In this document: positions 40,505-49,981 of the stretch, piece after piece
Position numbering within the stretch: the first letter of the stretch is position 1
Layout of the letters: every line of letters starts with the position of its first letter
NCBI GenBank assembly: GCA_030540395.1
Contig: JAUNWI010000003.1
Location: 95,295-159,294 of the forward strand
Source of the DNA: Phascolarctobacterium sp.
Lineage (GTDB): Bacteria > Bacillota > Negativicutes > Acidaminococcales > Acidaminococcaceae
DNA: 64,000 nt
Direction: 5' to 3'
Position numbers and translations under genes: made by a program
Notes under the pieces: model-generated
What the model saw: only the letters and a program-made list of their open reading frames with translations
Database searches by the model: none
Told to the model about the DNA's origin: nothing

Positions 40505-41128
40505 CTAAAGCTTTAGTCCCTGCATGCGCGCAGTGGCCTCCGCCAAAACAGTCTCCACCGCTGTGGAAGGGAGCTCCCGCCAGCCTTTCATATTAACAGG
40601 CTTCTCCGGGCAAGGCTGCAGCTGCTTTTCCAGCCACACCGTGTCCAGCCACTGCCCATTCTTGTAGCCAGATTTGGTAAAGGTGCCAATCAGGCGATAG
40701 CCCAGGGCCTCGTGCATCTTGATGCTGTGCTCGTTGCCCAAGGTAATACAGGAATAAAGCATAGTGATGCCCTGCAAGCGGAGTATTTCCTCCATGGCCT
40801 CATAAAGCACCCGTCCTAAGCCCTTGCCCTGTCCAGCAGGTGCCAAATAAATGGTCACCTCCACCGACCATTGGTAGGCCAAACGCTCCCTGTAAGGATG
40901 GCAATACACATAACCTAAAACTTGTCCATTTACTTCGCCCACCAAATAGGGATGCTTCTTGGAAATATCCACGATGCGTTGCCGAAACTCTTCTACAGAA
41001 GGCACCTCGAGTTCAAAGGACACATTGCTCAGGCTGCAATCGGCACTAATCACAAAGGGAGTATAAATCCTTAGCAGCCGCTCCGCATCCCGGGGCGTTG
41101 CTGCTCGCACACAAACTTTTTGACTCAT
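40505..41128 (-). CDS. GNAT N-acetyltransferase (phosphinothricin acetyltransferase/YncA-like)
   Basis: SFELEVPS.EEF..RI, YRERLAY.WSVE.TIY, GKGLG, N..S...HE.LGY, G.WLD. Confidence 0.88.
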   Translation of the reverse strand: MSQKVCVRAATPRDAERLLRIYTPFVISADCSLSNVSFELEVPSVEEFRQRIVDISKKHPYLVGEVNGQVLGYVYCHPYRERLAYQWSVEVTIYLAPAGQGKGLGRVLYEAMEEILRLQGITMLYSCITLGNEHSIKMHEALGYRLIGTFTKSGYKNGQWLDTVWLEKQLQPCPEKPVNMKGWRELPSTAVETVLAEATARMQGLKL

Positions 41129-41149
41129 TACCCTCAACTAACCTCACAT

Positions 41150-42703
41150 TTATTTCTTACTAATTTGCACTTCAAACATGCGCTTCCACGGCAAGCTGTA
41201 GCGATACGCATGCACTGACTGACCAAGATAAGGCTCCGCCACCTTAACCATTTCCCGGGCAATAAACGCTTCCGCCCCAGTGAGCTGCTCACCCTCAAGC
41301 CCGCTATTAGGCCAATAGTTTGGCCAAATTAGCTGGGTATAGGTCTGCATGCGCACGTTGGCCTGATAAGCCCAATCGTCCAGATAGCGCTGCTCCAAAA
41401 GCACCTTTTGGGCTCCGGGAGCATATTCGTCACTTAGAAGTCCCTGAGCCAAAGCAAAGCCCAAGCTATTGCCCGCAGTGTTCCAGCCACCATAGGCCGC
41501 CAGCTTGTAGGCAAGGCCCTTGTCAAAGAGTGCTTTCACCAAAGCGTTGTCCGCACCATTGCCAAATTTTACATCGGCAAGAGCCACAGGATAATGCTCA
41601 CTTAAGCGTGCCACCTTGCTAACGAAGTTTTTCGTTTCGGCAGGCACCTTGTAATTATTAACAGCATTGCTTGCTTCCAATGTTTTGCCATTCTTAGGCG
41701 TGTTCACCGCCAGCACCAAATCCGCATGCTTGCGCAGGCGCACTGGGAATGCTCCTGCGGCAAAAATATGCTGCTTGGCACTTTCAGCCACCGTATCATC
41801 CTCATAGGAGGGCACAGTTTGCCCACCCACTCCGGCAGCATAGGTCGTATTCACCAAGGGCAGCTCATATTGCAAGCGTTTAGCCGCTCTAGTGAGCAAA
41901 ACCAAGCCCAATTGGTCGGCCCCGGCAAAGAAGCGAATGCGCTCCTTGGGCAGTTCGCTGACGAGAATCTCCATGCTGCGTGCTTCCCTGTGGGCTTGGG
42001 AAAAGGGCGCCGTATCATCACGACCGATGAGAAAATAATCAAAGTCGCCGCTTTCCACGCCGTGCAACAAAAGCTCCGTGGTCATAATATTATGTTTACG
42101 GCGGGTGTACAAATCAGTGCTAATCTCGCTGGGAATTTCCTCCCGCAGGGCAGCCAGCTCCTTGGCCTCCTTGCTCTTTAAAAGCTTCAGCTCCCGCTTG
42201 TCCTCCAAAGCGCCAAGGCGGAACAGCTTCGGCCCCCATTCCTTATAATAGGCTGGCTCCACCGGCGCACTGCTGGCCTTTGGCGAACGCATAATCGTGG
42301 CAAATAGATAGACATGCTTTTGTCCGCCATAATTGCTGCGAAAATCCAGCAATCTTTGGGCTCGCTCTTGCAGTACCTCCAAGGGTATTTCGTGAGTACG
42401 GCTGGCCACCAAGCCCCCATAAATCAGCGCATCGCTGGAGGCCACAATGCCAATCGCATCCGTAGCATTTTGCTCCAGCCAGTCCAGCATTTTTTCGGGC
42501 TCGCCTTGGCTTTTTTCGCTGGCGATAAATTCCCGCGGCGGAGTTTTTACCTCCCAGCCTGCCGCCTCCATGGTCTGCACTGTATAATCAAAGCACACGG
42601 GTCTATTGTCCAAGGGAACAAACAAAAGCGTACCCTTAGCCGCCCAAGCAGACTGGCACAGCAGCAGGAGTACTAAAAATAACAAATTGCGTAAGGTGCG
42701 CAT
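41150..42703 (-). CDS. DUF4127-family secreted protein
   Basis: Signal peptide; LFVPLDNRP, DALIYGGLV.SR, GRDD, GADQLG, YGGWNTAGNSLG, YLDDWAYQ. Confidence 0.8.
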   Translation of the reverse strand: MRTLRNLLFLVLLLLCQSAWAAKGTLLFVPLDNRPVCFDYTVQTMEAAGWEVKTPPREFIASEKSQGEPEKMLDWLEQNATDAIGIVASSDALIYGGLVASRTHEIPLEVLQERAQRLLDFRSNYGGQKHVYLFATIMRSPKASSAPVEPAYYKEWGPKLFRLGALEDKRELKLLKSKEAKELAALREEIPSEISTDLYTRRKHNIMTTELLLHGVESGDFDYFLIGRDDTAPFSQAHREARSMEILVSELPKERIRFFAGADQLGLVLLTRAAKRLQYELPLVNTTYAAGVGGQTVPSYEDDTVAESAKQHIFAAGAFPVRLRKHADLVLAVNTPKNGKTLEASNAVNNYKVPAETKNFVSKVARLSEHYPVALADVKFGNGADNALVKALFDKGLAYKLAAYGGWNTAGNSLGFALAQGLLSDEYAPGAQKVLLEQRYLDDWAYQANVRMQTYTQLIWPNYWPNSGLEGEQLTGAEAFIAREMVKVAEPYLGQSVHAYRYSLPWKRMFEVQISKK

Positions 42704-42791
42704 AGTTCCATCTCCAGTCATAACAAAACTCATCCTAGTTATATAATTCGCCGAGGATGGGCTTTTTCCTTTTCTTAGGCCAGAAAAAGGC

Positions 42792-42830
42792 GAAAAAAAC
42801 ACCCTTTTCCACCGCGGCAGAAAAGGGTGT
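42792..42830 (-). terminator. Terminator after the amino-acid ABC ATPase
   Basis: ACACCCTTTTC/GAAAAGGGTGT 11-bp stem with T7 on the minus strand. Confidence 0.75.
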
Positions 42831-42843
42831 CAAAAATACTTGC

Positions 42844-43587
42844 TTAGTTATTTTGGAAGCGTGACAAAAAGTCACGGGTTCTTTGATTCTTAGGATTGCC
42901 AAAGAGCTGCGCCGGGGCGCCTTCCTCCGCAATCACGCCTTGGTCGATAAAGATAACGCGGTTGGAAACATCCCTAGCGAAGGCCATTTCATGGGTTACA
43001 ATCACCATCGTGAAGCCTTCCTTGGCCAAATCGCGAATAACGCGCAAAACCTCGCCCACCATTTCCGGGTCCAGCGCACTAGTGGGCTCGTCCATAAGCA
43101 GTACCTCCGGCTCCAGTGCCAACGCACGCGCAATCGCCACACGTTGCTTTTGGCCACCGCTCAGCTGATGGGGCTTGGCGTTCACATAGCTATCCATGCC
43201 GACATGCTTGAGGTATTTCAAGGCCGTGGTCTTGGCCTCCTCCTTGTTTTTGCCCAAAACCTTAACCTGGCCCACCATGCAGTTTTCTAAAACCGTCATA
43301 TTGTTGAACAGGTTGAAGGATTGGAACACCATGCCTACCTTAGTGCGATAGAGAGGTAGCTTTTTGAAGGCCTGCATAACATCCGTGCCGCGGTACTCAA
43401 TGTGTCCGCCTGTGGGATGCTCCAAAAAGTTTACGCAACGAATCAGAGTGGATTTGCCGCTACCGGAAGGACCGATGATGCAGGTTACATCACCACGATG
43501 AATATCAAAGCTAATGCCCTTTAAAATTTCGCGTTCACCAAAGGACTTTTGCAAATCGCAGACAGAAACAATTAATTCCTTTTCCAT
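42844..43587 (-). CDS. Polar amino-acid ABC transporter ATPase (GlnQ-like)
   Basis: [35 protein letters not shown]. Confidence 0.95.
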   Translation of the reverse strand: MEKELIVSVCDLQKSFGEREILKGISFDIHRGDVTCIIGPSGSGKSTLIRCVNFLEHPTGGHIEYRGTDVMQAFKKLPLYRTKVGMVFQSFNLFNNMTVLENCMVGQVKVLGKNKEEAKTTALKYLKHVGMDSYVNAKPHQLSGGQKQRVAIARALALEPEVLLMDEPTSALDPEMVGEVLRVIRDLAKEGFTMVIVTHEMAFARDVSNRVIFIDQGVIAEEGAPAQLFGNPKNQRTRDFLSRFQNN

Positions 43588-43590
43588 AAA

Positions 43591-44385
43591 TTAATACCGT
43601 CCTTTCTGCTTTTTCGTGGGCAGGGGCACTGCACCACAGGGGTCCATCATGGGGTCATAGGTCACCAGCTGATAATCCTTGGGACCATCCATCTTGCTTT
43701 CTGCCCAACGCAGCAGGCGGGAAGCAGTGAAGGTCATGATAAAATAAATCACGCAGGTGAGGAAGAAAATCTCGAAATACTTGTAGTACACACCAGCTGC
43801 AGATTTAGAAGCAAAATACAGCTCGGTTACGGAAATAACGTTCAATACGGAGGTATCCTTGATATTGATAATCAGGTTATTACCCAGCTGCGGCATTACA
43901 TTGCGCAAGGCTTGGGGCAAAATAACACAGCGCATGGTCTGGAAATGATCCATACCGATGGCAATGGCTGCTTCCTTCTGGCCCGGGTCCACGGATTCGA
44001 TACCACCGCGGACTGTTTCGGCCATGTACGCACCCGTGTTGATGGAAACAACAAAGAAGCCAGCGAACATAGGGCTCATATCAATATTAAACACGCTCAT
44101 GGCACCATAATAAACCACCATGGCCTGTACAATCATAGGCGTGCCGCGGAAAACCTCTACATAAGCATCCAGCAAGCGCTGCAGGCAACGGATAGCAAGC
44201 TTCTTGGCCGCACTGTCATTATCCTCCATGGGAATGGTTTGGATAACGCCCACCACAAGGCCAATCAGGCAGCCAATAAAGGTGCCCACCACGGCCAGCA
44301 TCAGGGTTACACCTGCACCCTTAACGAGCACGGAGCCATATTTATCCATGAGGAAGAGTACCCAGCCAAAAAATGTTGTTGGCAT
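43591..44385 (-). CDS. Polar amino-acid ABC transporter permease
   Basis: YVEVFRGTPMIVQ, AYMAETVRGGI, GQKEAA.AIG, ILPQA. Confidence 0.95.
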   Translation of the reverse strand: MPTTFFGWVLFLMDKYGSVLVKGAGVTLMLAVVGTFIGCLIGLVVGVIQTIPMEDNDSAAKKLAIRCLQRLLDAYVEVFRGTPMIVQAMVVYYGAMSVFNIDMSPMFAGFFVVSINTGAYMAETVRGGIESVDPGQKEAAIAIGMDHFQTMRCVILPQALRNVMPQLGNNLIINIKDTSVLNVISVTELYFASKSAAGVYYKYFEIFFLTCVIYFIMTFTASRLLRWAESKMDGPKDYQLVTYDPMMDPCGAVPLPTKKQKGRY

Positions 44386-44421
44386 TAATTACACCACCTT
44401 AATAATTCTTAAATACTAGAC

Positions 44422-44448
44422 AAAAAGGGGCGACAAACTTGCCGCCCC
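44422..44448 (-). terminator. Internal hairpin/terminator between the binding-protein and permease genes
   Basis: GGGGCGGC-aagttt-GTCGCCCC-TTTTT. Confidence 0.6.
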
Positions 44449-44461
44449 CACTATTAGCTTA

Positions 44462-45307
44462 TTATTTTGCCAAAGGTTGTTTTTTAATAGCTTCGTCCAT
44501 AATCTTGCTGAAGTCAGCATCGGTCATGTTGCCCAGAACCTTGTTCATAGCGTCAACCAATTCCTTGTTGCCCTTCTTAACAGCAACGCCGATTTCTACG
44601 TCCTCACGAGAGGTCTTGAAGCCCTTGCCCTCGGGGAATTCAACCATTACCAGCTCGGGGTTAGCAAAAGCAGCTGCTTTAGCAGTTGGGATATCGGTAA
44701 CGATCAGGTTGCATTTGCCGGATTTCAAAGCTACGATCATGCCAGGAACGGTGTCAATAGCGGGCAGCTTTTTAACATCGGGAACTTGGTCAATTTGGTC
44801 ATACCAAATGGTGTTCAGCTGGGAGGTTGCAACAGAGCCCTTCAGATCGGCAACGCTCTTAGCCTTAGCTTGTGCGCTGTCCTTCTTAACCAGTGCAACT
44901 ACGTTTGCATAGTAGTAGGGTTTAGTGAAATCAACGGTTTCTTTACGTTTGGCGGTAATGGACATACCAGCAATAGCAGCGTCGATTTTGCCGGATACTA
45001 CTGCAGGAGGCAGGCCATCCCATTCAATTTTGTGTACTTCCAGAGTTGCGCCCATTGAGTCAGCCAATTTCTTAGCAATGATAACGTCGTAGCCATAAGC
45101 ATATTCATTGGAGCCGGCGATTTTAACAGCGCCACCCTCAGCAGTGGTTTGGGACCAGTTGTAGGGAGCATAAGCGCATTCCATACCAACCTTCAAAACC
45201 TTCTTCGGAGCTGCAGCCTTTTTTTCGCTGCTGCCGCCGCAGCCAGCCATAATCGCCATTGCTGCAACCATCATGCAGCACAGAGCTAATTTCAAATACT
45301 TTTTCAT
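44462..45307 (-). CDS. Amino-acid ABC substrate-binding lipoprotein
   Basis: Lipobox MAGC; VGMECAYAPYNW, GYDV.IAK, KIDAAIAGMSIT.KR..VDFT.PYY. Confidence 0.93.
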   Translation of the reverse strand: MKKYLKLALCCMMVAAMAIMAGCGGSSEKKAAAPKKVLKVGMECAYAPYNWSQTTAEGGAVKIAGSNEYAYGYDVIIAKKLADSMGATLEVHKIEWDGLPPAVVSGKIDAAIAGMSITAKRKETVDFTKPYYYANVVALVKKDSAQAKAKSVADLKGSVATSQLNTIWYDQIDQVPDVKKLPAIDTVPGMIVALKSGKCNLIVTDIPTAKAAAFANPELVMVEFPEGKGFKTSREDVEIGVAVKKGNKELVDAMNKVLGNMTDADFSKIMDEAIKKQPLAK

Positions 45308-45468
45308 ATTACACACACCTTTCCCTCATTGGAAAAATCCTTTTTAATTGGTATTACTTTACTATATTTTTGTCAAAAAAGCAAGCTATTGTTACCAGAT
45401 ATAATGTATACATGGAATTTAGCCCACATAAGTCTAGTTTATCCTAGCATTATTAAGGCCTGCAACAG

Positions 45469-45507
45469 AAAAGCAGAACCTGCCCTCATAAAGCGGGTTC
45501 TGCTTTT
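45469..45507. terminator. Terminator hairpin downstream of the amidohydrolase-linked genes
   Basis: AAAAGCAGAACC..GGTTCTGCTTTT inverted repeat. Confidence 0.7.
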
Positions 45508-45544
45508 ACTTACTTTACCTATGCCACACAAGCTTAAAGCCACT

Positions 45545-45832
45545 TTAGCCAAGTCCGTTACAGCGAGCCAAATCGTGATAGATGAGCTCCGCCATTTTTT
45601 GGGTCAGCTCCGCCCGCCCCTGGCACAGCTTGGTGCCGCTGAGCAACGCTGCCAGCTTCTCCTTGTTGCAAAGCATGCAGCAACAGGGTTGAATAATTTC
45701 GCTGGCCATGTAGGCTGCAGCCCGTAGGAACATTTCATCCTTGAGCAGGCTGCCGTCAGCCGCCTTGGCGCCGAAGACGCTGAGGCGCCTGTCCAAGGCC
45801 AAAGCCAGCTGCTTTTCCAAAACGCTAACCAT
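45545..45832 (-). CDS. Hypothetical protein with CCCxxC motif
   Basis: 95-aa ORF, GAGG upstream, co-oriented and followed by a terminator. Confidence 0.65.
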   Translation of the reverse strand: MVSVLEKQLALALDRRLSVFGAKAADGSLLKDEMFLRAAAYMASEIIQPCCCMLCNKEKLAALLSGTKLCQGRAELTQKMAELIYHDLARCNGLG

Positions 45833-45849
45833 AAGCCTCAGACTAAAGC

Positions 45850-46299
45850 TTAGCGCATGTTTTCAATGAAATCTTCGAAGGTATTGATGAGCACCGGATG
45901 GCCGGTTACCACCAAATCACGCAGGTAGCTGCCGTAGGATTCGTAGGTTTCGTCCTTCAGCACCAGCTTCAGGCCTTCCTTTTCATATTCCTCAATCATC
46001 TTCAGGATGAAGCGGTTCACAGTACCATCGGGAGTAACGTTCAAAGGAATGTAACGCTCTTCTGCGTCATATTTTTCTACAACAACCTTCCAGCCACCGG
46101 GAACGGGCGGCAGACGGGTTGCTTTGATAAAATAATTGTCAGGAGAAAAGCCCACATAACCATCCATTTTGTTGTACAGCTTAGCTTTTTTCAGAGGAAA
46201 ACCGTTTTTGTTGCCCCATTTTACGATCTCTTCGCTGACTTCATTATTATGTATCACACTGGGAAATGTAGCTTCTGCTAAAATTTCGGACATATACAT
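45850..46299 (-). CDS. Hypothetical soluble protein (149 aa)
   Basis: GGAGG RBS; codon usage like that of the neighbouring operon. Confidence 0.75.
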   Translation of the reverse strand: MYMSEILAEATFPSVIHNNEVSEEIVKWGNKNGFPLKKAKLYNKMDGYVGFSPDNYFIKATRLPPVPGGWKVVVEKYDAEERYIPLNVTPDGTVNRFILKMIEEYEKEGLKLVLKDETYESYGSYLRDLVVTGHPVLINTFEDFIENMR

Positions 46300-46353
46300 A
46301 CCTCCTTGGGTTTTATAGTAATATTGTACTCTAATTAGACAATTATTTCAATA

Positions 46354-46800
46354 TTAGATTTGACCCAAGGACTTCAAAATTGCTTGTGCGATGATGGCAG
46401 AAGCGATGTAGGTGCCTACGAAAACAACAATGGCCAACAGGCAGATACGCCAGCCGGATTTGGCAAAAGCATCCAAATCCTTGCCGATAGCTACGCCTGC
46501 ATAAGCCAAAATTGGGGTGCACAGAGACAGAAAACCAACCTTCTTAACATACATGTTGATAATCTCGGAGCCGGGAAAGCCGGGGATGGTCATGATGCAG
46601 CCAATGGTTACAACATAAGCAGCAGCCGGAATGCCACCGGGCAGATATTTGGAGGCCAGCATGCCGATGAGAGCAATAACACCCAAAATCAAAAGACCGG
46701 GAATAGAATCCACGATGCCAGCCTTGGTTCCCAGCACGTTGGAGAACAAGCTCATAATAGAAACAATGCCAATTACAGTAATAGTATCCTTAACGTTCAT
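46354..46800 (-). CDS. Small membrane protein, partner of the DUF3100 protein
   Basis: Hydrophobic 148 aa; TPILAYAG..IGKDL motif; start overlaps the DUF3100 stop. Confidence 0.8.
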   Translation of the reverse strand: MNVKDTITVIGIVSIMSLFSNVLGTKAGIVDSIPGLLILGVIALIGMLASKYLPGGIPAAAYVVTIGCIMTIPGFPGSEIINMYVKKVGFLSLCTPILAYAGVAIGKDLDAFAKSGWRICLLAIVVFVGTYIASAIIAQAILKSLGQI

Positions 46801-47606
46801 TATGCTTCCTCTCCTTTCTTGGGTTCTTCAGGCAGAACACCATATTTAATCTTGTAGAATTTCTTGTACAGCCATTCAGTCATGGGCAGGCCAATCCATA
46901 CGGACATGTACAGACCGTCCAGACCGGACAGCATGTTGGATGCAGCACCAAAGGCAGCCAATTGGTCCGCCATGTTGGGATACATAGCTACCAAGGAGCC
47001 CAAAGCAGCACTCATCATGCTGGCAGAGCCAACGCCTGCGGCCATAGCCAAAGCGTAGGGATGAATGGGCAGGGTGGAGGCAGCCACGCTGGCCATGATA
47101 CCGAAGAAAATGGTACCAAAAACGGTGCCGGCAATGTAAACGCCCATAACACCGCGGCCTTCGCTAGAGTCCAGACCAAATTTTTCGCCAATCAGGGCTA
47201 CGTTGGGTTCACGGGCGATGGAGTGAGCAGCGCCGATGGTTTCGCGCTTGAGGCCCAAATACACGGCAACGGGAACGCCCAAGAGCACGGTACCCAGGTT
47301 ACCAAACTCTTGCAAAATCAAAGCCGGGGATGCGGCCAAAATCTTCGGCAGAGTGGGACCAACAAGGGTGCCATAACGAGCCATAAGCAGCATCAGGGTA
47401 ACGCCGATAAGGCTGGAAGCATCAGCCATTTCCTTTTGACTGGACAGGTTGAGGAATTTGGGTGTGGTCAAAATACCCAAAAGCAGAGCAAAAAGCATTG
47501 GCAAAAGCACAATGCGACCAATACCGATGGTAATGGTGTGGGTGCCGATCAGCTCTGCAACGACGATCAGCGCCAGAATAATGGCATGTAACTTAATATT
47601 TTTCAT
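46800..47606 (-). CDS. DUF3100-family membrane protein (putative transporter)
   Basis: QEFGNLGT, RETIGAAHSIAREP, GVYIAGTVFG, AMAAGVGSASMM. Confidence 0.85.
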   Translation of the reverse strand: MKNIKLHAIILALIVVAELIGTHTITIGIGRIVLLPMLFALLLGILTTPKFLNLSSQKEMADASSLIGVTLMLLMARYGTLVGPTLPKILAASPALILQEFGNLGTVLLGVPVAVYLGLKRETIGAAHSIAREPNVALIGEKFGLDSSEGRGVMGVYIAGTVFGTIFFGIMASVAASTLPIHPYALAMAAGVGSASMMSAALGSLVAMYPNMADQLAAFGAASNMLSGLDGLYMSVWIGLPMTEWLYKKFYKIKYGVLPEEPKKGEEA

Positions 47607-47708
47607 TACAAACCCCTCCTAAAAATTTTTCTATTTTAAAATAAAAATAGCGGGAAATAGTGCAAGGAATTAGCTGCAGCAAAGCAGTTAATGCCTTATC
47701 GACGATTT

Positions 47709-49016
47709 TTAACCGAAATAGCTTTCCATTTTGGCAATATATTCTTCTTTAGTAAGAATGGGCTTAAAGTCTGCCAAAATACCCTTGGCCTCCTTGGCAT
47801 CGTCCACCAAGAGATCCACCAGCATCATGGCGAAGGCCTTGGCCGGCAGCAGCACTGCCGCTTCAAAGTCCACCACATGGAAGCCACCGGTGTGCAAAAG
47901 GCCGTCGGTGCCGCCAATAAAGGGATGGATAACAGGCATCAGATGGGAAACATCGCCCATATCTGTGGAAGCGCTAAAGTGACCTGCATCCTTGATGTCC
48001 ACATCAGGAAATGCCTTGCGGGAGTTTTCCACCATGAGCTCGTTCATGCGACGGTTGCAGTTCAGGGGCATCATGCCGGGCAAGGTAACAATTTCAGTTT
48101 GGGCGCCGATGGCGTCGCCACCGGCCTTCAAGGCTGCGTCCACGCGGCTGTGGGTGCTGTCGATAGCCTGCATGGTTTTGGCCCGCACATACAGCTCCAT
48201 GCGCACGTCCGCCGGCACGGAATTAACAAAGTCGCCACCCTTGGTTATGATGGGATGCACACGCACCACATCCTGCTCCCGGAAGGTTTCCCGCAGAGCG
48301 TTGATGCCCATCAGGCCCAGCATGGCTGCATTCAAAGCGTTGATGCCCTCGTGGGGAGCATCCGCAGCATGAGCAGTTTTGCCAATATAGCGCACAGTTT
48401 TGCCCACAAAGCCATTGGAGCTATCGCCAATGGAAACGGTGGGGCGGGGCATATTTTTATCGGCATGCATTTGCATGGCCATATCAATATCATCAAAGGC
48501 GCCTTCGTAAATCAGCTGACCCTTGCCGCTCAAAAAATGCAGTTTACCGGCTTCCAGCAGCTTTTTGCGATATTCGATTTCGATATATTCTTCCGCAGGT
48601 ACGCCAAAGAACACTACATCACCGGCTAGCTCCTTGAGCACACCGGACTTCATAATGCCGCAGGCAGCGCCCAGCATAGTGGCGATTTGCAGATTGTGAC
48701 CGCAGGCATGGGCAGCGCCTGTTAAGGGATCCGCCTTGGCGCTTTCGGGACAGCCAACTGCGTCCAGCTCGCCTAACACGGCGGCAGTGGGGCCCTTTTT
48801 GCCGCCATGAGCACGGCCCTTCACGCCGTTGATGGCAAGGCCTGTTTGCACCTCCAAGCCCAGCTCCCGCATAAACTCCGCTACCTTGGCAGAGGTTTTT
48901 ACTTCTTTAAAGCCCAGCTCCGGCTCATCAGCAATACCGTCCGCAATCGCTTTAATTTTAGCAGCAGAAGCGTCAATGGCAGCGCACACCTGCTGCTTTA
49001 ACAATTCTTTATTCAT
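47709..49016 (-). CDS. M20-family amidohydrolase
   Basis: PELGFKE, GELDA, HACGH, PAEE, AHAA..P..G.NAL, STDMGDVS. Confidence 0.92.
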   Translation of the reverse strand: MNKELLKQQVCAAIDASAAKIKAIADGIADEPELGFKEVKTSAKVAEFMRELGLEVQTGLAINGVKGRAHGGKKGPTAAVLGELDAVGCPESAKADPLTGAAHACGHNLQIATMLGAACGIMKSGVLKELAGDVVFFGVPAEEYIEIEYRKKLLEAGKLHFLSGKGQLIYEGAFDDIDMAMQMHADKNMPRPTVSIGDSSNGFVGKTVRYIGKTAHAADAPHEGINALNAAMLGLMGINALRETFREQDVVRVHPIITKGGDFVNSVPADVRMELYVRAKTMQAIDSTHSRVDAALKAGGDAIGAQTEIVTLPGMMPLNCNRRMNELMVENSRKAFPDVDIKDAGHFSASTDMGDVSHLMPVIHPFIGGTDGLLHTGGFHVVDFEAAVLLPAKAFAMMLVDLLVDDAKEAKGILADFKPILTKEEYIAKMESYFG

Positions 49017-49089
49017 TTAAAGTTTGCCTCCTCATGTCTTGTATAGATTGTCTTTTCAAATGTGAAGATTTTCTAGTATATTTGTCTTT

Positions 49090-49117
49090 ATTATAGCACA
49101 GGGCACAGATTTGTCAA
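49090..49117 (-). promoter_or_regulatory. SigA promoter of the amidohydrolase operon
   Basis: TTGACA-16 nt-TATAAT with TG extended -10. Confidence 0.75.
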
Positions 49118-49243
49118 ATTCAACTCTACTATTTTACTAGATTTTCATTCTAAGCTCACAATTTTTTATTTACCTACGGCACCGACTATGGTATCATATA
49201 AAGATAGTATGTTATTTTTATTCTTGAAGAAAGGGGTCTTGAC

Positions 49244-49954
49244 ATGTTTGCTCAGATAAAAAAAGATATTGATTCTATCATGCTGCGCGATCCCGCTGCA
49301 AAAACAAGACTGGAGGCAGCACTCTGTTATCCGGGCCTGCATGCAATTTGGCTCCATCGCATAGCTCACCATTTTTATTTGAAGGGCTGGGTTGTTTTCC
49401 CCCGCCTCATCAACACCTTTTCCCGCTTTTTGACCGGCATTGATATCCATCCCGGCGCCAAGCTGGGTCCTGGTCTTTTTATTGACCATGGCATGGGCCT
49501 TGTTATTGGCGAAACTGCTGAATTAGGCAGCAATGTTACCCTTTATCAGGGAGTAACCTTAGGCGGTACGGGCAAGGAAAAGGGTAAGCGCCATCCCACC
49601 ATCGGCAACAATGTGGTTGTCTCCAGTGGTGCCAAGGTTTTGGGCTCCTTCAAGGTGGGAGACAATTCCAAAATCGGCAGCGGCAGTGTGGTGCTAAAGG
49701 AAGTTCCGCCCAACTCCGTTGTAGTTGGTGTCCCTGGACGTATTGTTACCAGGGACGGCGTAAGAGTAAACGCTGCTGACGAGGAAAGCATGATTGACTT
49801 GAACCATGATAAGCTGCCCGACCCGGTTGCTGATTATGAAGAGCTTTTGGCCAAGCATATGGAAGAAATCAATGGCCGCTTAAAGGAGCTGGAGCAGCTG
49901 ATTCATGCTACCCAAAGGCAACAACAGCTGGAGCAGCAGCAACAGCAGAAATAA
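49244..49954 (+). CDS. cysE: Serine O-acetyltransferase
   Basis: [45 protein letters not shown]. Confidence 0.96.
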   Translation: MFAQIKKDIDSIMLRDPAAKTRLEAALCYPGLHAIWLHRIAHHFYLKGWVVFPRLINTFSRFLTGIDIHPGAKLGPGLFIDHGMGLVIGETAELGSNVTLYQGVTLGGTGKEKGKRHPTIGNNVVVSSGAKVLGSFKVGDNSKIGSGSVVLKEVPPNSVVVGVPGRIVTRDGVRVNAADEESMIDLNHDKLPDPVADYEELLAKHMEEINGRLKELEQLIHATQRQQQLEQQQQQK

Positions 49955-49981
49955 TTTGTGTTTTATTAAAGAGGTAAGATT

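Noticed and set aside
49017-49243. T-box or S-box upstream of cysE
   Set aside because: No T-box sequence, SAM-I core or terminator; the gap is explained by two divergent promoters
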